Virus record (IMG/VR): IMGVR_UViG_3300031555_007715 | Strand: one strand, 5' to 3' | Origin: a virus | Lineage: Duplodnaviria > Heunggongvirae > Uroviricota > Caudoviricetes | DNA: 64,000 nucleotides | In this document: positions 25,940-39,100 of the stretch, piece after piece | Layout of the letters: every line of letters starts with the position of its first letter | How positions within the stretch are numbered: position 1 is the stretch's first letter | Notes under the pieces: generated by a model | The model's database searches: none | What the model was told of the DNA's origin: nothing | What the model saw: only the letters and a program-made list of their open reading frames with translations | Position numbers and translations under genes: made by a program

Positions 25940-28195
25940 TTATCTAACTTTGTTTATGGTAGAAAGGCGTAACTTTTTCTTCTTAGCCCAAGTTTCAACA
26001 AAATCGATAAGGCCAGGTTCAGAATCGACATTACAATTAGAAAATCCATGTATTTGCTCGATTGAACCGTCATTGGTTATCTCCACAGTAAAGAACGGGT
26101 CTTTAGGAGCCTTTCTTTCTCTGATGAAGAGGATGTTGGTTTTTCCCTCAGCAACACGTTCTGCATATGATTTTACACAGTGGTGCAAAACTGTTCCCTC
26201 TTTTGCAATGTCATAGAAACAAGTAGGGTGTATAACAATGTACGGTAGTTCCTCCTGAGTTACAGTTCCGTCTTTTTTCTTCTTTTCCTTTTGGTCGAAA
26301 CACCACTTTTCCCATATATCAAACCTTGTTTTAATACCATCATTGATTCGCTGGTTGTCCTTAAAGGAAACCGTTAACTGAATATTGTCATGCATGGTTT
26401 TGAGGTCTTCAACATTTTTGAAACGAGGTTTATAATGATTTCTGTCTTCAACAGGCAATCGAGTTGCCTGAAAGAGATAGTCTCTATATAGGCCAAAGGC
26501 AGAAAATCTGTCGTTGCGATAGGCACTGTTGTTTTTAATAGAGCCCATTACCATTTCAAGGTAAAGAGGAAAATTATGACGAATGTCAAATGTGTCAAAT
26601 TCTTTTCTCGTGCTTTTAATTATCGAAGTCAATTTTTCAATAATATCAGGTATAAATGTATCATACCAAGACCTCTTGAAATTGATATTTAAGCAGGAGA
26701 ACAATTCTTCAACAAATGATAGATAATCGTCAAAAGTTTTGTTGTCTAATGAAGAAATGTCGGCACGACTGTCTCCACAAATAACGTCTTTTGTTATAGG
26801 AATGATTCCAGGTGTGAACATATAACGGTCATTAGAAACATATTCTCTAGGGGCACACTCGGCAATTAAATCCTTAAATTCTCCAAATTGGTATTTATTT
26901 AATCCCATCATCTGAAAAATCTTTGTCTTCTTATCAGACACGCTTGCAGGATAGAATGAAAAAAACTTGAATAATGCATCATCCATGTCGCATTCATCTC
27001 GCAACATATCAATGAATTTATCTAAGAAGTCAATGGACGCAATTTTTACGAGAGACTCCATAAAAGGAATTTTCAAGAAAATCCAAATAGCAACGCTTCT
27101 GTTATCTTCGCATAATGCTGGCACTATCTGGCCAAAGTATTCTAACAGAGTTCCCTTCGTTTCTGCTTCTGGAAACTTTTCTAAAGAAAAATCCCAATGC
27201 TTTACTTTTTGTAATAAAGCTTGATAGACATATTCTCCTGAATTGTTTTTCTTGCAGGAGTAAACATCTTTTTTGCCACAGACATAAATTCTTCCACCCT
27301 CGAACAAGTAACATGAGTCATAAACGTAGTTAAATGTTCTAATTACACAGATAGGTTCCGAGCCGTCTTCTGTTGGAACTTTCTGTATTACAGCGAATTT
27401 GTACATTCCGTCAGATACGCTGTGGGTATCGATACTGTCATGGTCAATTGTAACATCAGGAAGCTTGATAGATACAAGTTTATCGACCATATCCTGCTTC
27501 TTTCCTGATTTCTTTTGGCAGGAAACTGATGACTTACCATCAATATAGTTTATCATATTTTCATATGAATTGATGGCGATATAGTCATTTCCTGTGGAAT
27601 TGAACACAGGCGGCATAATGTTTGCGATTTCTTCCATAAACCCATATTTTGTACCGTTATTTGCATTTACATAATGGAACTGTACAAAATTGCTTGTCAA
27701 AAACGGTTTTTTAGATAATGTTTCATATTTACCGTCTTCTGTTAAGCAACCAGCATGACTTTCGAAGTTTTTGTAATAGTTTCTACGTTCTTGCATAAGT
27801 AGCCCATGGGGTTTAGAAAAGAAGTTGAAATTAGAGTCAATGATGAATCTTGATAATTCTCTCAATACATACTTTGTCTGTTCATTCATTCTCTTAATTT
27901 CCTCCAACCACAACAGGTGAAAAACAACAAACTTGCTTTCAGGTACATATTCAATTGAATAATAGTACCTTCTTACCTTTGCGACATCGTATTGGACGAT
28001 GACATGTGGTACATTGTCTCTGGTGACATCTTCAAGCTTTGTCGAAAGCTTTGATGTGGTGCCATTGAGAAACAAATCGATAGTTTCTTGGTCTTTAGGA
28101 TATTTACCTTTTTCAAAGTCCAAAAGAAGCCTAGACTTTTTGATAATATAGTCAAACTTTTGGACAAAAGGAACTTCCTTTTTCTCCACTCTCAT
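25940..28195 (-). CDS. PcfJ-domain protein (751 aa)
   Basis: C-terminal EGTVLHHCVKSY...ILFIR...P..PFFTVE...IEQIHG..N. Confidence 0.8.
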   Translation of the reverse strand: MRVEKKEVPFVQKFDYIIKKSRLLLDFEKGKYPKDQETIDLFLNGTTSKLSTKLEDVTRDNVPHVIVQYDVAKVRRYYYSIEYVPESKFVVFHLLWLEEIKRMNEQTKYVLRELSRFIIDSNFNFFSKPHGLLMQERRNYYKNFESHAGCLTEDGKYETLSKKPFLTSNFVQFHYVNANNGTKYGFMEEIANIMPPVFNSTGNDYIAINSYENMINYIDGKSSVSCQKKSGKKQDMVDKLVSIKLPDVTIDHDSIDTHSVSDGMYKFAVIQKVPTEDGSEPICVIRTFNYVYDSCYLFEGGRIYVCGKKDVYSCKKNNSGEYVYQALLQKVKHWDFSLEKFPEAETKGTLLEYFGQIVPALCEDNRSVAIWIFLKIPFMESLVKIASIDFLDKFIDMLRDECDMDDALFKFFSFYPASVSDKKTKIFQMMGLNKYQFGEFKDLIAECAPREYVSNDRYMFTPGIIPITKDVICGDSRADISSLDNKTFDDYLSFVEELFSCLNINFKRSWYDTFIPDIIEKLTSIIKSTRKEFDTFDIRHNFPLYLEMVMGSIKNNSAYRNDRFSAFGLYRDYLFQATRLPVEDRNHYKPRFKNVEDLKTMHDNIQLTVSFKDNQRINDGIKTRFDIWEKWCFDQKEKKKKDGTVTQEELPYIVIHPTCFYDIAKEGTVLHHCVKSYAERVAEGKTNILFIRERKAPKDPFFTVEITNDGSIEQIHGFSNCNVDSEPGLIDFVETWAKKKKLRLSTINKVR

Positions 28196-28203
28196 TTACT
28201 CAA

Positions 28204-28288
28204 CCTCCTTCGTGAATTGTTATAATTGTTGTAAAAGATATAACTTAACATTATAATTATATCATTTATAACAGATATTTTCAAAAAC
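28204..28288 (-). promoter_or_regulatory. Conserved promoter/operator plus extended SD, copy 2
   Basis: TTGAAA-17-TATAAT; 28-bp block identical to 12942-12969. Confidence 0.7.
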
Positions 28289-28326
28289 AAAAAAAGGAAG
28301 TTGAAAGTACAACTTCCTTTTTTATA

Positions 28327-31300
28327 TTATTCATATGATTGAGATAATCTGTAAATTGTTTTGTTTCCTTGGTATGTTATAGATGGTATATCCCAGTCAT
28401 GAAATCCTACAGCACCCGTTGATATGTTAAAATAAATAGTTTCTGGTTTAGGCTCTGACATTCCATCTATATTTCCAACGCATAGTTCTATGCATCTATT
28501 TCCCATATAAGACCATACAATTATATCTCCAGATATTAGATGGTTACTGTTATCCACTCTCTTAAATGTTGTCTGTAAATTCCAGTCTAATATAGTACTA
28601 GGTAAATCAGAATAACCGAACCATGCAAACATTGCTCTTATAAATGTTAAGCTGTCTCCAATAGCTTGTCCCTCAGCATATGTGTCTATTTTTTGTAAAT
28701 TAGTTAAAAATAAATCAACATTTTGTTTTCTTGATGACAAAGCGGAGGCTACTAACAGGTTATTACCATTAGATTGATGTGTTGTAATTATATTTGTAGC
28801 TTTATTGGCTATGTTTTGTAATGTTTCGGAAGGAATTATGTCGGTTGGAATTTCTGGAACGTTTCCATTAGTAGCATCATTTATTATTGTGTTGTAATAT
28901 TTCTTGAATCTGGTGTCTAATTGAATGTTGTATTGTTCATTGTGTTTGAACCATTGTGCAACATCTGTTTCTTCATATGGTACAGTTAGAGACTCTTCTA
29001 ATAATGTTTTTGTTTTGTAATTTGTTGCCAAATTTTCAAATAGCAATCTTGAAGTATTATCGTCGTCGTCTAAATGCATTGCAACAATGCTTAAAAATGT
29101 TAAAGTTGGTGTATCTGTAATTCCTTTATTTTTATATGTTTTTAAAACATTTGTTGCATCTTCTTCAAATTTTTTTATTTGTTCTGCTTTTCCATTTGAC
29201 AATAATTCTTTTGTTATAGAGTTCATTTTTGTTGTATTATTAGACCAATGTTCAAAGTATTCATTGTGATTAGTAATACCAAGACTACTTAATTTAAGAT
29301 TAAATGGAACATTATAAAGTTCTTTTAATTCTCTTAAAAAATAGTATGCAGTATCTCCTTGCCATCTTCCAATACCTATTTGAATACCGTCTCTTGGGTC
29401 TGAAATTTTATAAACATCTTTATATGCAGTAGAATAATTACTTAATATTACTTCTGACATATATGTTGCCAATGGATTTATTTTTTTTGCGGATGTTATT
29501 TCTCCTAATTCATTTCTTTTATAATCAAATTCTAGTCCATTTTCTGCCATTGATAGTTGAATCCATTCACAATTTTTTAAAGTTTTTAATGAAGTATTTT
29601 TAACAGAAATAACTCTATCATAAACAGTAATTGGGTAATAATGCTTTCCATATTCATCTGTTAATTCAACATTTGCATACATGGGTTCTTTCGCGCCATG
29701 AGTAGTTCTATCACCAACATAATCAGAAATAGATTGTTTACTTTCTGTTGTTAACATTTTTGTTGTTTTTGATTTTTCTGCGCCAACTATTGTTTTTAAT
29801 GCGTCTGCGTCAAGAGTGTTATTTGTATACATTGAAAAATAATAACCATTTCTTACCGCTAGTATTCCTAAATTTGTAATAGGTCTATTTCCTATGCCTG
29901 GGGCGTTAGTTCCATCATTTAATTCAGTTGTTCTTTCTGCTGGTTGTTTACACATAGGACAACAATTATCAGATGTCTTTACGTTAGTTGTATCACAATT
30001 ACAAGGAAATGAATATGTTAGATTTTGTTGATAATATGGTTGTTGGTCTATACCAAATTCAATTTGTTCAATAAAAGGCCTTCCATTTGCGTCCTCACCT
30101 TCTGTGCCAACTTTATTAGTTATTCCATTCATTGTATATTCTTGTTTACCGATAACGTATTTCCATGCATCAACGTATCCACCATGTTCTGCGATAATTC
30201 TATCATCTGTAGTAACTTTAACATCATCATGGTCTGTATAGTAATATGTAATATATCCATAATAGTAAGGCGATGTTTCAAAAACAGCTTTTAATATTCT
30301 ATCAACGTCAAAGGCACTTGCTTCGGTTTTTAAATAATTATACCAATATCCTTTTAGAACGACTTTATATTCACTTCTGTTTAAGTCAAATTCATCAACT
30401 GTTCTTTCTTGATAACTCTGATAAGAACTTGATACAAGCGTAGCATAATCAGGAATCTGACTAGTTACATCTGACGGTGTTGATGTTGGTTTATAATATA
30501 TTGCATCATAATAACTAAAATTAAATTGTTCCGTGTGTGTATATGCCTCTTTTATTCTAGTATATGGGAAAACTTCTCCATATAATGTGCCATTCGTTAC
30601 ACTTGAAATTTTATGTCCGCCTTCCTCCGTACATTCACATCCACTGCATTTCCAATAATAACATGAATTATCATGTGAGTGAGGGGTTTTATTACATCTA
30701 GGAATAGTTATACTTAAGCTACAACTTAAATATCTACTTCTACAACTTGAAGAGTGTTCATGATAACATGAATCAGTATGCGAATGTGATTCACCAGCAG
30801 TCTGACCACACATTACAGATGAAGAGGATAATCCACATGTATAATAAGTAGTGGTTGAATAGCAAGAGCCAGATGGGGCAGTATGACTGTGATAACAACT
30901 GGTGACATGTGTATGTTCTTCTGTTGTACAGTGAAGGTCTGCTTTAGAATATCCCTCTTGATATCCATGTAATGCGTCACAATGATGGCAAATTTCTCCG
31001 TTGCAGTCATAGTATAAATCCCAATAATATATATAATTAGGAACCTTTACATGATATAGTTTTTCTGTATATTCAAGAACCTCTCTTTCTCTCCATTCTG
31101 ATTTTACTTTATATTTTCCATCAAAAGTAAAAAAGGAAGTTTCTGCTCCGAATATTTGAGCAAGTGTATCTTTGGCCGCTGTTATAATGGTGTCAAATGT
31201 TCCTGCAAGAACGCCCCAAAAACCACCACCTTGAGCATCAATATTTGTTTGAAGGTCATTGGTGAAAATTCTAGTTGCGATATCTATTTTATATTTTACG

Positions 31301-32961
31301 ATTGTTTTGCCCGCTTTTAGGGCAGAGACTTCTGAACCCATATCTATTATAGGAGCTTCTAACATAGATACGTTATATCCACTTACTAAGTAAGCCATAT
31401 CAGATATAGCAGCATATCCAACTTGTGAGTCTATATCATCTCTTGATTTTTGTTCATCAAAATAACTTTCATGGCCTGTTGCATAACATCCATTAATATG
31501 CTTATGTTCTGGAGATGTATCAGTGCATTTTAATAAACCTTTATTAAAATAAGGGTTTGTTTGACTATCATCATCTCCCCATACTTCTATATCACCTGTA
31601 TAACCGCCAATAAATACTGGTATGCTCGTTAGATTTTCTTGAGTAGGCATTCCAATATATGGTTTGTGTATTGGACTATGCATGAGTTCTGCTTCTGGTT
31701 CAGTATATAGATGGTCAAAACCAGACAGTTTTGCTTTATTATTATTAATTATTGTTAACCACTCATTTTCTACACCTGTTACTTGAGCATCTATTTCTGC
31801 ATGTACCGTGTCTTTCATGTCACCATAAGCTCTTAGCACTTCATCGCCAAATGCTTTTGCAAGTATTTCGTATTGGTCTTCCATTGAAAAACTTTCATAT
31901 ACAGTAGGGTTTAATGATTCACAAAGGGCTGTAAATGCTTCGCAAATCTTAGCCCATGCCATTGCTAATAATGCGCCAGGCAATACAACTAATACGATAA
32001 TTGGAAGTGCTAAAATTAATAAAGCGCCAATAACAATATATTTTACTATACCGCTTTTTAATAATTGTATCCATGCGCCTATATCTGCTCCACCTGAGGC
32101 AGCGATTCTTGCGGCCGCAATACCTGCCTTTACTGCTGTTTTTGTTGCATCTACCGCAGCGTCAGTCATACCATTAACAACCTGTCCTGATGCATTGTTG
32201 TTATTCATTCTACCAGCGTTTTTTGCAGCATTTCCTATTGCGTCTACTGCTCCGCCAGCCAAGTTTCCTGCTCCGCCTGCTTTATCAGCCGCCTTACCAA
32301 TTCCTTTTTTAAGGGCATTCATTTCTGCTTTAGGAGCAGCCATAGCAGCTTTACCTAAGTGTTGTCCTGCTTCTTTTATATTACCCTCTTTTAAAGCGCC
32401 AGCGGTTGCTTTTGCTTCTGAACCAATTTCTTTTCCAACTTTTTTAATCTCATTGCCTGTTTCTTTAATCTTTTTACCAGCATTTTTTGCCTTATCTTTT
32501 ATATTTTTACCAGCATTTTTTGCTTGGTCAAAAGGATTATTCTTTTTGGGAGGTGTTGATTCTGTGTTATTTTTAGGCGATTTTACGTCAGAAGATTTAT
32601 GTGTTTCTTGTGCGTTTTTTTCGTCAGGTGTTTTTGACGGTTCTTTGTCTTTAGTATTTTTTTCTTTGTTTGAATCATTCTCTTTTGATTTTTGAGAAGG
32701 TTCTTTATCTTTTGAGTTGTCCTTGGAATCACTTTTCGAATCGTCTTTTGAATTACTATCAGGTTCTTCTTTTTGATTGTTTTTTGAATTATCTTCCGAA
32801 TTGTTTTCAGAGTCATTTTTAGAAGAATCAGATTGCATATCATTTAATTTTTTCTCTAATTTGTCTAAGCCTTTATTATATAGATTATCTATTTTACCTT
32901 TGGCTTTGTGGACGTCTTGTTCTAATTCATCCACAGTTTCTTCTCCGTAATGGCTTTCCAT
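28327..32961 (-). CDS. 1544-aa membrane-anchored conjugation-associated protein, cell-wall-hydrolase-like (VirB1-like)
   Basis: K/D/S-rich N-terminus, TM segment, His/Cys repeats (HTH..SCYH), IGIGRWQG lysozyme-like motif, degenerate NlpC/P60-like C-terminus. Confidence 0.55.
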   Translation of the reverse strand: MESHYGEETVDELEQDVHKAKGKIDNLYNKGLDKLEKKLNDMQSDSSKNDSENNSEDNSKNNQKEEPDSNSKDDSKSDSKDNSKDKEPSQKSKENDSNKEKNTKDKEPSKTPDEKNAQETHKSSDVKSPKNNTESTPPKKNNPFDQAKNAGKNIKDKAKNAGKKIKETGNEIKKVGKEIGSEAKATAGALKEGNIKEAGQHLGKAAMAAPKAEMNALKKGIGKAADKAGGAGNLAGGAVDAIGNAAKNAGRMNNNNASGQVVNGMTDAAVDATKTAVKAGIAAARIAASGGADIGAWIQLLKSGIVKYIVIGALLILALPIIVLVVLPGALLAMAWAKICEAFTALCESLNPTVYESFSMEDQYEILAKAFGDEVLRAYGDMKDTVHAEIDAQVTGVENEWLTIINNNKAKLSGFDHLYTEPEAELMHSPIHKPYIGMPTQENLTSIPVFIGGYTGDIEVWGDDDSQTNPYFNKGLLKCTDTSPEHKHINGCYATGHESYFDEQKSRDDIDSQVGYAAISDMAYLVSGYNVSMLEAPIIDMGSEVSALKAGKTIVKYKIDIATRIFTNDLQTNIDAQGGGFWGVLAGTFDTIITAAKDTLAQIFGAETSFFTFDGKYKVKSEWREREVLEYTEKLYHVKVPNYIYYWDLYYDCNGEICHHCDALHGYQEGYSKADLHCTTEEHTHVTSCYHSHTAPSGSCYSTTTYYTCGLSSSSVMCGQTAGESHSHTDSCYHEHSSSCRSRYLSCSLSITIPRCNKTPHSHDNSCYYWKCSGCECTEEGGHKISSVTNGTLYGEVFPYTRIKEAYTHTEQFNFSYYDAIYYKPTSTPSDVTSQIPDYATLVSSSYQSYQERTVDEFDLNRSEYKVVLKGYWYNYLKTEASAFDVDRILKAVFETSPYYYGYITYYYTDHDDVKVTTDDRIIAEHGGYVDAWKYVIGKQEYTMNGITNKVGTEGEDANGRPFIEQIEFGIDQQPYYQQNLTYSFPCNCDTTNVKTSDNCCPMCKQPAERTTELNDGTNAPGIGNRPITNLGILAVRNGYYFSMYTNNTLDADALKTIVGAEKSKTTKMLTTESKQSISDYVGDRTTHGAKEPMYANVELTDEYGKHYYPITVYDRVISVKNTSLKTLKNCEWIQLSMAENGLEFDYKRNELGEITSAKKINPLATYMSEVILSNYSTAYKDVYKISDPRDGIQIGIGRWQGDTAYYFLRELKELYNVPFNLKLSSLGITNHNEYFEHWSNNTTKMNSITKELLSNGKAEQIKKFEEDATNVLKTYKNKGITDTPTLTFLSIVAMHLDDDDNTSRLLFENLATNYKTKTLLEESLTVPYEETDVAQWFKHNEQYNIQLDTRFKKYYNTIINDATNGNVPEIPTDIIPSETLQNIANKATNIITTHQSNGNNLLVASALSSRKQNVDLFLTNLQKIDTYAEGQAIGDSLTFIRAMFAWFGYSDLPSTILDWNLQTTFKRVDNSNHLISGDIIVWSYMGNRCIELCVGNIDGMSEPKPETIYFNISTGAVGFHDWDIPSITYQGNKTIYRLSQSYE

Positions 32962-33146
32962 ATTATCTTCTCCTTTCTATAATTATATTTATTATAAAGA
33001 AAACTATATTTCTAATTTTTAGTTATGAATATAGATATTATTATTATCTCATTTTTTTAGTATGAAGTCAATTACAGGGCGATAATCAACAGTCAAAAAT
33101 ATAAGCAGGAGTTAATTCTTGCTCCTGCTTACATAAGTAAAAAATG

Positions 33147-36100
33147 TTATTTATTTTTCTTAAAAATCATTCTAATAGCTAATTTTACTTTTGATTCGTT
33201 TGTTATTTTTCTAGGTATAATTTTTGTACTTTCAGAAGCTAATTCATATCTATAGAATTTATTTCTTACAGATGACTCATTTACTACTTCTTCGTTCTTT
33301 ATACCTTTTCTATCTCCTTGAGATACTCTTGATGGAGATATAGCATATGTCTTTCCATCGGCGTTATAAGTAATTATAAAGTTTCCTTCTCCATTATTTT
33401 GAACTCTTATGCTTTTTGCATTGTGAGGAATGCCATATTTTTTAGCAAATGTTCTTAATTGAGGAGATTCTTTTACTGTTCTAAATGAACCGCCGTTTGA
33501 TAATCCCATATTGTACAAATCTCTTCCAATAGCATTTCCAGGCATAGGTTCACAAGTATAAATAGAACCACCAAATTGAACTTTTGCGGAAGAATCACAA
33601 TGAGTAATATTTGTTCCTTCTTTATGCATCAAATATGTTTCTCCTTTATAATAATAAATAAAACTTCCAGTAGGCTGTCCATTTTCATATGTCAAAGGTT
33701 TTATTGTTGCACTTCTCATATTAAACTTTTCTGGAACATCACCATATAGTGTTGAGTCTGGTCTTGCGTAGGAATATCCTTTTGCGTCACGAATGTTTAA
33801 CAAGTTAACCTGTGTTTCTCCATTGTGTGTATTCTCATATTTTGTATAACAAGAGAATCTGTTATTTTTTCCATCAAGTTCTCTAACATCTATTTCCATA
33901 GATTTTCCATCTTTTCCTATAACAGATAATTTACCATGATTATCCAAAGGAACACCCTCACTATTAAATTTTGTTTTTGAGTTATCAACTCTTAATTCCT
34001 GTCCATTATGTTTAACATAAATTGGAGCTTGTGGCTTACCATCGATGTCATTGGAAAATGGTTCTATGGTTTTCTTATAACTATCTCCTGCATATACAGC
34101 AGTAGGTATTTCATTACCTCTTACTGGTCTGTATGACACACTTATATTTGCGTCATCATGTGCGGGTACTACATATTCACCATTTCTTTTTACAACAACG
34201 CTTCCGAATTCAGTTCCATCTTTATAATCATAAGTAGGCACATTACCATGTCTTGTTGATACAGATACCAATGCGCCAGAGGTGTCTTTCATATATCCAC
34301 CATCTCTTGCAGGTTTTCCTTCTATATCATATCTTTGTGCCGATTGAGGTCTAAAGAAACTTCCTTTTTCTGATTTTACTAAATAATCAACAGGTTTGTT
34401 GTCTTCCTCATTATTAGTAAATGATATATGACTATGTTGCATAGTATTACTAGCAACGGATGTAGTATAACTTGACAAATCTGTACTCTTTGTTGTTCTA
34501 ACATATGATTCACCTGATTTGTTTTGTTCTACATTGCTTGATGAAACCATTACCTGCTGTCCCGATGTATTTACAGCAACAGCGCCATTAGACATTTGTG
34601 GATTACCCTCTTTGTCTCTTGTTACAAGATTAGAAGAAACCTCAAAAGATGTGCCCTTTGTATCTGTTGCGATGTATTTTTCTTGCTGTAACTTTCCGTC
34701 TTTTTCAACAAATGTTGCGGTATTGCCACTAGCATCTGTTCCGATATATGTATTGTCTCCAATTTTAGATACACTTGAGTAAGTATTGCCTTTAGCGTCT
34801 CTTATATCAGAATATCCACTATCAGTTTTTGTTGCGGACGATATATCTGAATAGCTTGTTTTTATTCCTTTTGAAGAATCTACTTCTCTCACCGCCTGCG
34901 TTGTATCTATATGTTGAATATTTCCAGATGTATCTCTTACTGAATCATGTACAGCACTAGAAGAAATATTAAACTTGTTACCTGATGTATCTGTAGCAAC
35001 ATAGTTTTCTTTTTGTAAATTACCATATTCATTCATTCTAAAATTAGCGGTATCACCGTTTTCATCTCTTCCAACGTAACTTCCATTAGATTGTTTTCTA
35101 ATGTCTGTATATGTTTTTCCGTCAGAATCAGTTGCACTATATGTACCATTATTATTAGATACGCTAGTGAGATTAGAATATTCTTTTTGTATTCCCTGAG
35201 ACGCATCTATTTGTCTGGACTCAGATATTTTTTGAAGGTTGCCTTTATCGTCATACTTAAAGGTAGCTTCTCTTCCTTCTGCTTTTCCTGTAAAAGTGCC
35301 ATCACCGTTTGATTTGAAATCAGAATAATTTACACCAGTGCTATCTTTTGCAGTTATAGGCATTTTTTCTCTGGTTACATTATCACTGGATATGGTAGAT
35401 GTAGCATCCAGTCTTGTAAAGCTACCATCTTTATTTTCTCTAAATGCAACATTTTCACCTGTTTCTTGATTTTTTCCAATTGCAATACCATTACTATTTG
35501 TAACACCTAATGTGTAGTTGTTACTAGTAGAATCTGTTATTGTTCTAGTTTCTTGAACAGGTGCAGTTATAGGCTGTTCAGCAACCATTGTTGCCGTATT
35601 TTTAGCTTCATCTATCTTAAATTTAGCAGTTGAACCATCTGCGGCTGTTCCGTTTACATATCCGTCTTTATCTGCTTTTCCTGATAAATCATAAGTTTTA
35701 TCACCATAGGATAGTTTATTATCATCTTTGTTATAGCTCTTATCACTTAAACTAATTTCAGATGTTTCAAGTTTTGATAATGAACCATCATCATGTTTAA
35801 CAAGGTCAACTTCTTTGCCACTTCCATCGGATGCAATACCCTTAAATGTTCCGTTTGCTTCTGGCTTATTTAAGTCTACATTATATGATACATTATCTGC
35901 ATCTATAATGCTTGTTTGAGACTGTATGTTACTTGGTGCAATTTGTTCTCCACTAGCAAGTTTTGTAACTGAACCATCATCATTTCTTTCAAATAATGCT
36001 GTGTTGCCTTTGCTATCAACGCCAGAAACAACAGGTGCATCATCACTGAAATTATTATCTAGTCTATATGAATTACCTTCGGAATCTTTTACACTTGTAA

Positions 36101-39100
36101 ATTCTCCGCTTGTTTTAATACTGTCATTTGCAATTTGAGAATATGAACCATCATCATTTTTCTTAAATCTTGTTTCTTCGCCAGTATCTTTGTTGGTACC
36201 AATCATATAACCATTATCGTCAGTTTTTCCAGTTAAGTTATATGTATCGTCACCAATTGTTAAAGATGTTCCTATTGTTTCTTGTACTTGGCTTAACGTT
36301 CCATCATTATTAACAACAAAGTTTTGCTGATTATCAGGGTTTGTTGTTGATGTACCATGAATAATGCCATTTTCGTCTGGTTCACTTAATTTATAAGTTT
36401 CTCCACCAGCGGAAATTGTATTTTCCATAGAAACTGGTTCAGAAATCATGGTGTATGTACCATCACCATTGTCCTTAAATGTAGCAGTCTCTCTGTCTTT
36501 ATTTTCTCCAGTTACAATGCCATTTTCATCTGGTTCACCTAATAAGCTGTATTTTCCTTTTTCGGTGTTATCAGTATTTAATGTTATTGTATTATTTTCA
36601 ATACTAACATCATCATCACTAATAGTTTGAATTGCGGAATATGTGCCGTCACCGTTATCAATAAAGTCTTTTTTGTTTTCTGGGTCTGTTGTTGATACGC
36701 CGTGAATGATGCCATTTTCGTCTTTTTCACCTAATGCAAAAGTTTCATCACCAACTTGAGCGGTTTTTTCTATATTAGCAGGAGGTTCATTTGAAACCAT
36801 TGAATATGAGCCATCGCCATTATTCTTAAATTTAGCTTCTTCTCCTGTTTCTGTATTAACACCAGTTATTAAGCCGTTTTCATCTGGTTCACCAGAAAGC
36901 TTAAAGTCACCATCCGATGTATTTACCGTTGTAGCGTCTTTTACATCGTCTGGAGCAATAGTTTTTTCTACTGCTGATACAGTGCCATCTCCGTTGTTAA
37001 CAAAATCTTTTGTATCATCAGGGTTTGTTGTTGATACTCCATGCATGATATTGTTTTCATCAGGCGCACTCAATTCATAATTATTATCACCATCAACGGC
37101 AGTTTTTGGTAATGTTTGAACATTTTCCTCTTCTATTTTTTCGTCTTGAGGAATTTTTACTACTTCTCCGTTACCTTTATCTATATATTGTGCGGAATTA
37201 CCTTCATCATTTTCTGCTGTAATAACTCCCGCCTCGTCGGTACTTTGTACTTTATATTCGTTATCTCCGTCTTGTATTGATGAGATATTTTCTTTTTCTT
37301 TTAAGTTATCATCAGCAATTTGCTCTTCTGGAGATGATGCGGCAACCATAACATCACTGTTATTTTCATCAAGATTAATATTTCCATTTTCATCAACAGT
37401 ATCTGAAATAATGCTAGCTGGGACGAGCATACCTTCCTCTGTTCCATCATCAATTTTTACATAATCTCCATCCTCTGTCTCATTTCCATTTTCGTCATAT
37501 CTTCTTATTGAATCGCCATTTTCTTCATCTCTGATGATATCATCTTCTTTTATAGATAATTCTCCACCATTTTCTTCTGCTAATTGATTTATTTTTTCTT
37601 TTTCAGCATCGGATAAATTGGAAGAATCTAATTCATCTTTATTTAAGGTAGCATGTGCTCCATCATTTACAGCAACATTTCCTGTTTCTTCCATATTTTC
37701 AGGTCCATTAAGGTCCATATTATTCGCAGAATTATCACCGAATATTGGAACGCCTTCCTGTTTTACGCCGTCAATTTGCATTGCTCCTGTTACACCATAT
37801 GACTCGCCATCTGTTCCTGTTACTGGAATAAATCCTTCATCTGCGTCTGCATCTTTTGTTATTTTTCCAGTAAAAATTGTGCCATTTTCGTTTTCAGCAC
37901 TAAAAGTCATAGTATCAGATTTAGGGTCATATTTAATGTCCGAGTAGTTATAACCTTGTGCTGCCATTTTTTCAACGTTTTCAGCACCGACTCTTGATGC
38001 CATTAGGTCTTTTGCTATATCTTGATATTCTTGTGAATTTTTTGGAGGCATCTTACCTGATGCGGCGTAACTTAATAATTCATCATTTGATAAACCAGAA
38101 TATTTGCCACCAAAGCTAGGTTTTCCGCTTGGTAAACTTCTTAATACCTCAGGAATCTTTGTCACATCTTTAGACAACTTATTTTCTGCCTTGGATAATT
38201 TATTACTGAGTGATTGTAATTTTTTATTACCAGTTTTTTTGGCAAGTGCCCCAATACCTGCGGTTAATGCAGATTTTTCACCCAATCTTCCATCTTTAAA
38301 GCCAGCCATGTGCATAAGGTTTTTATCATTAGGATTTACCTGTCCATTATGACGCATACCCATAGCTCCCGCAAAAGGAATTGCCATATTTCTTCCTGTT
38401 GCTTTATTCATTAATTGCATAGCTCCAGGTAAGCCATTTTGCATTGCATTCATAACGTCCATTCCGAAACCACCAGTTTTTGCGGTTTTTAGTCCTAATG
38501 CATTCATATGTTCATCTATTTTTTGTGCCGTTTTAAACCACGCTATCCATAACAATAAATATGGCGGGCTGGTACTAGCTGCAAATGATTTTATAAATAC
38601 GGTAAGGAAAAATGTTGAAAAAATTAGAACTATACATCCATTTATCAACCAAGAAATCCAATTTTTAAAAACATCTTCAAGTCCTCTAGTTGCACCACAA
38701 GCAATACATACTGGTGCTATAATTGATAATAAACCTAGCATTAAATATCTTTCTGCTAACTCTAGAGCTGTTGCAAAAAAGTTCTTTAATAACATAAAGA
38801 ATAATGTTATAGCCAATGCGCCAGTAATGATTCCTGCCGATGGGGATAATGCTAAAAGTTCATCTCCTATAGTATCATTAGATGGACCTTTTGTTATCAT
38901 ATTTGAAACTACATCTTTCCATACTGCGTCCCCCTCCGCTCGTTGTGTTCCATTAACTATTGCATTGTATGGTATAGTTGTTATGTCAAAAACTAAAGCA
39001 ATAATTGATTGCGAAAATGCTGCTAGTAATGCATAGAAAATTGATTTTATAATAACTCTAGATGGTGCATCTGCGGATGCAAGAGGTCCAAATAGAGCCT

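Noticed and set aside
34519-39036. Short plus-strand ORFs inside the 2069-aa gene
   Set aside because: Antisense shadows typical of a long, codon-biased CDS.
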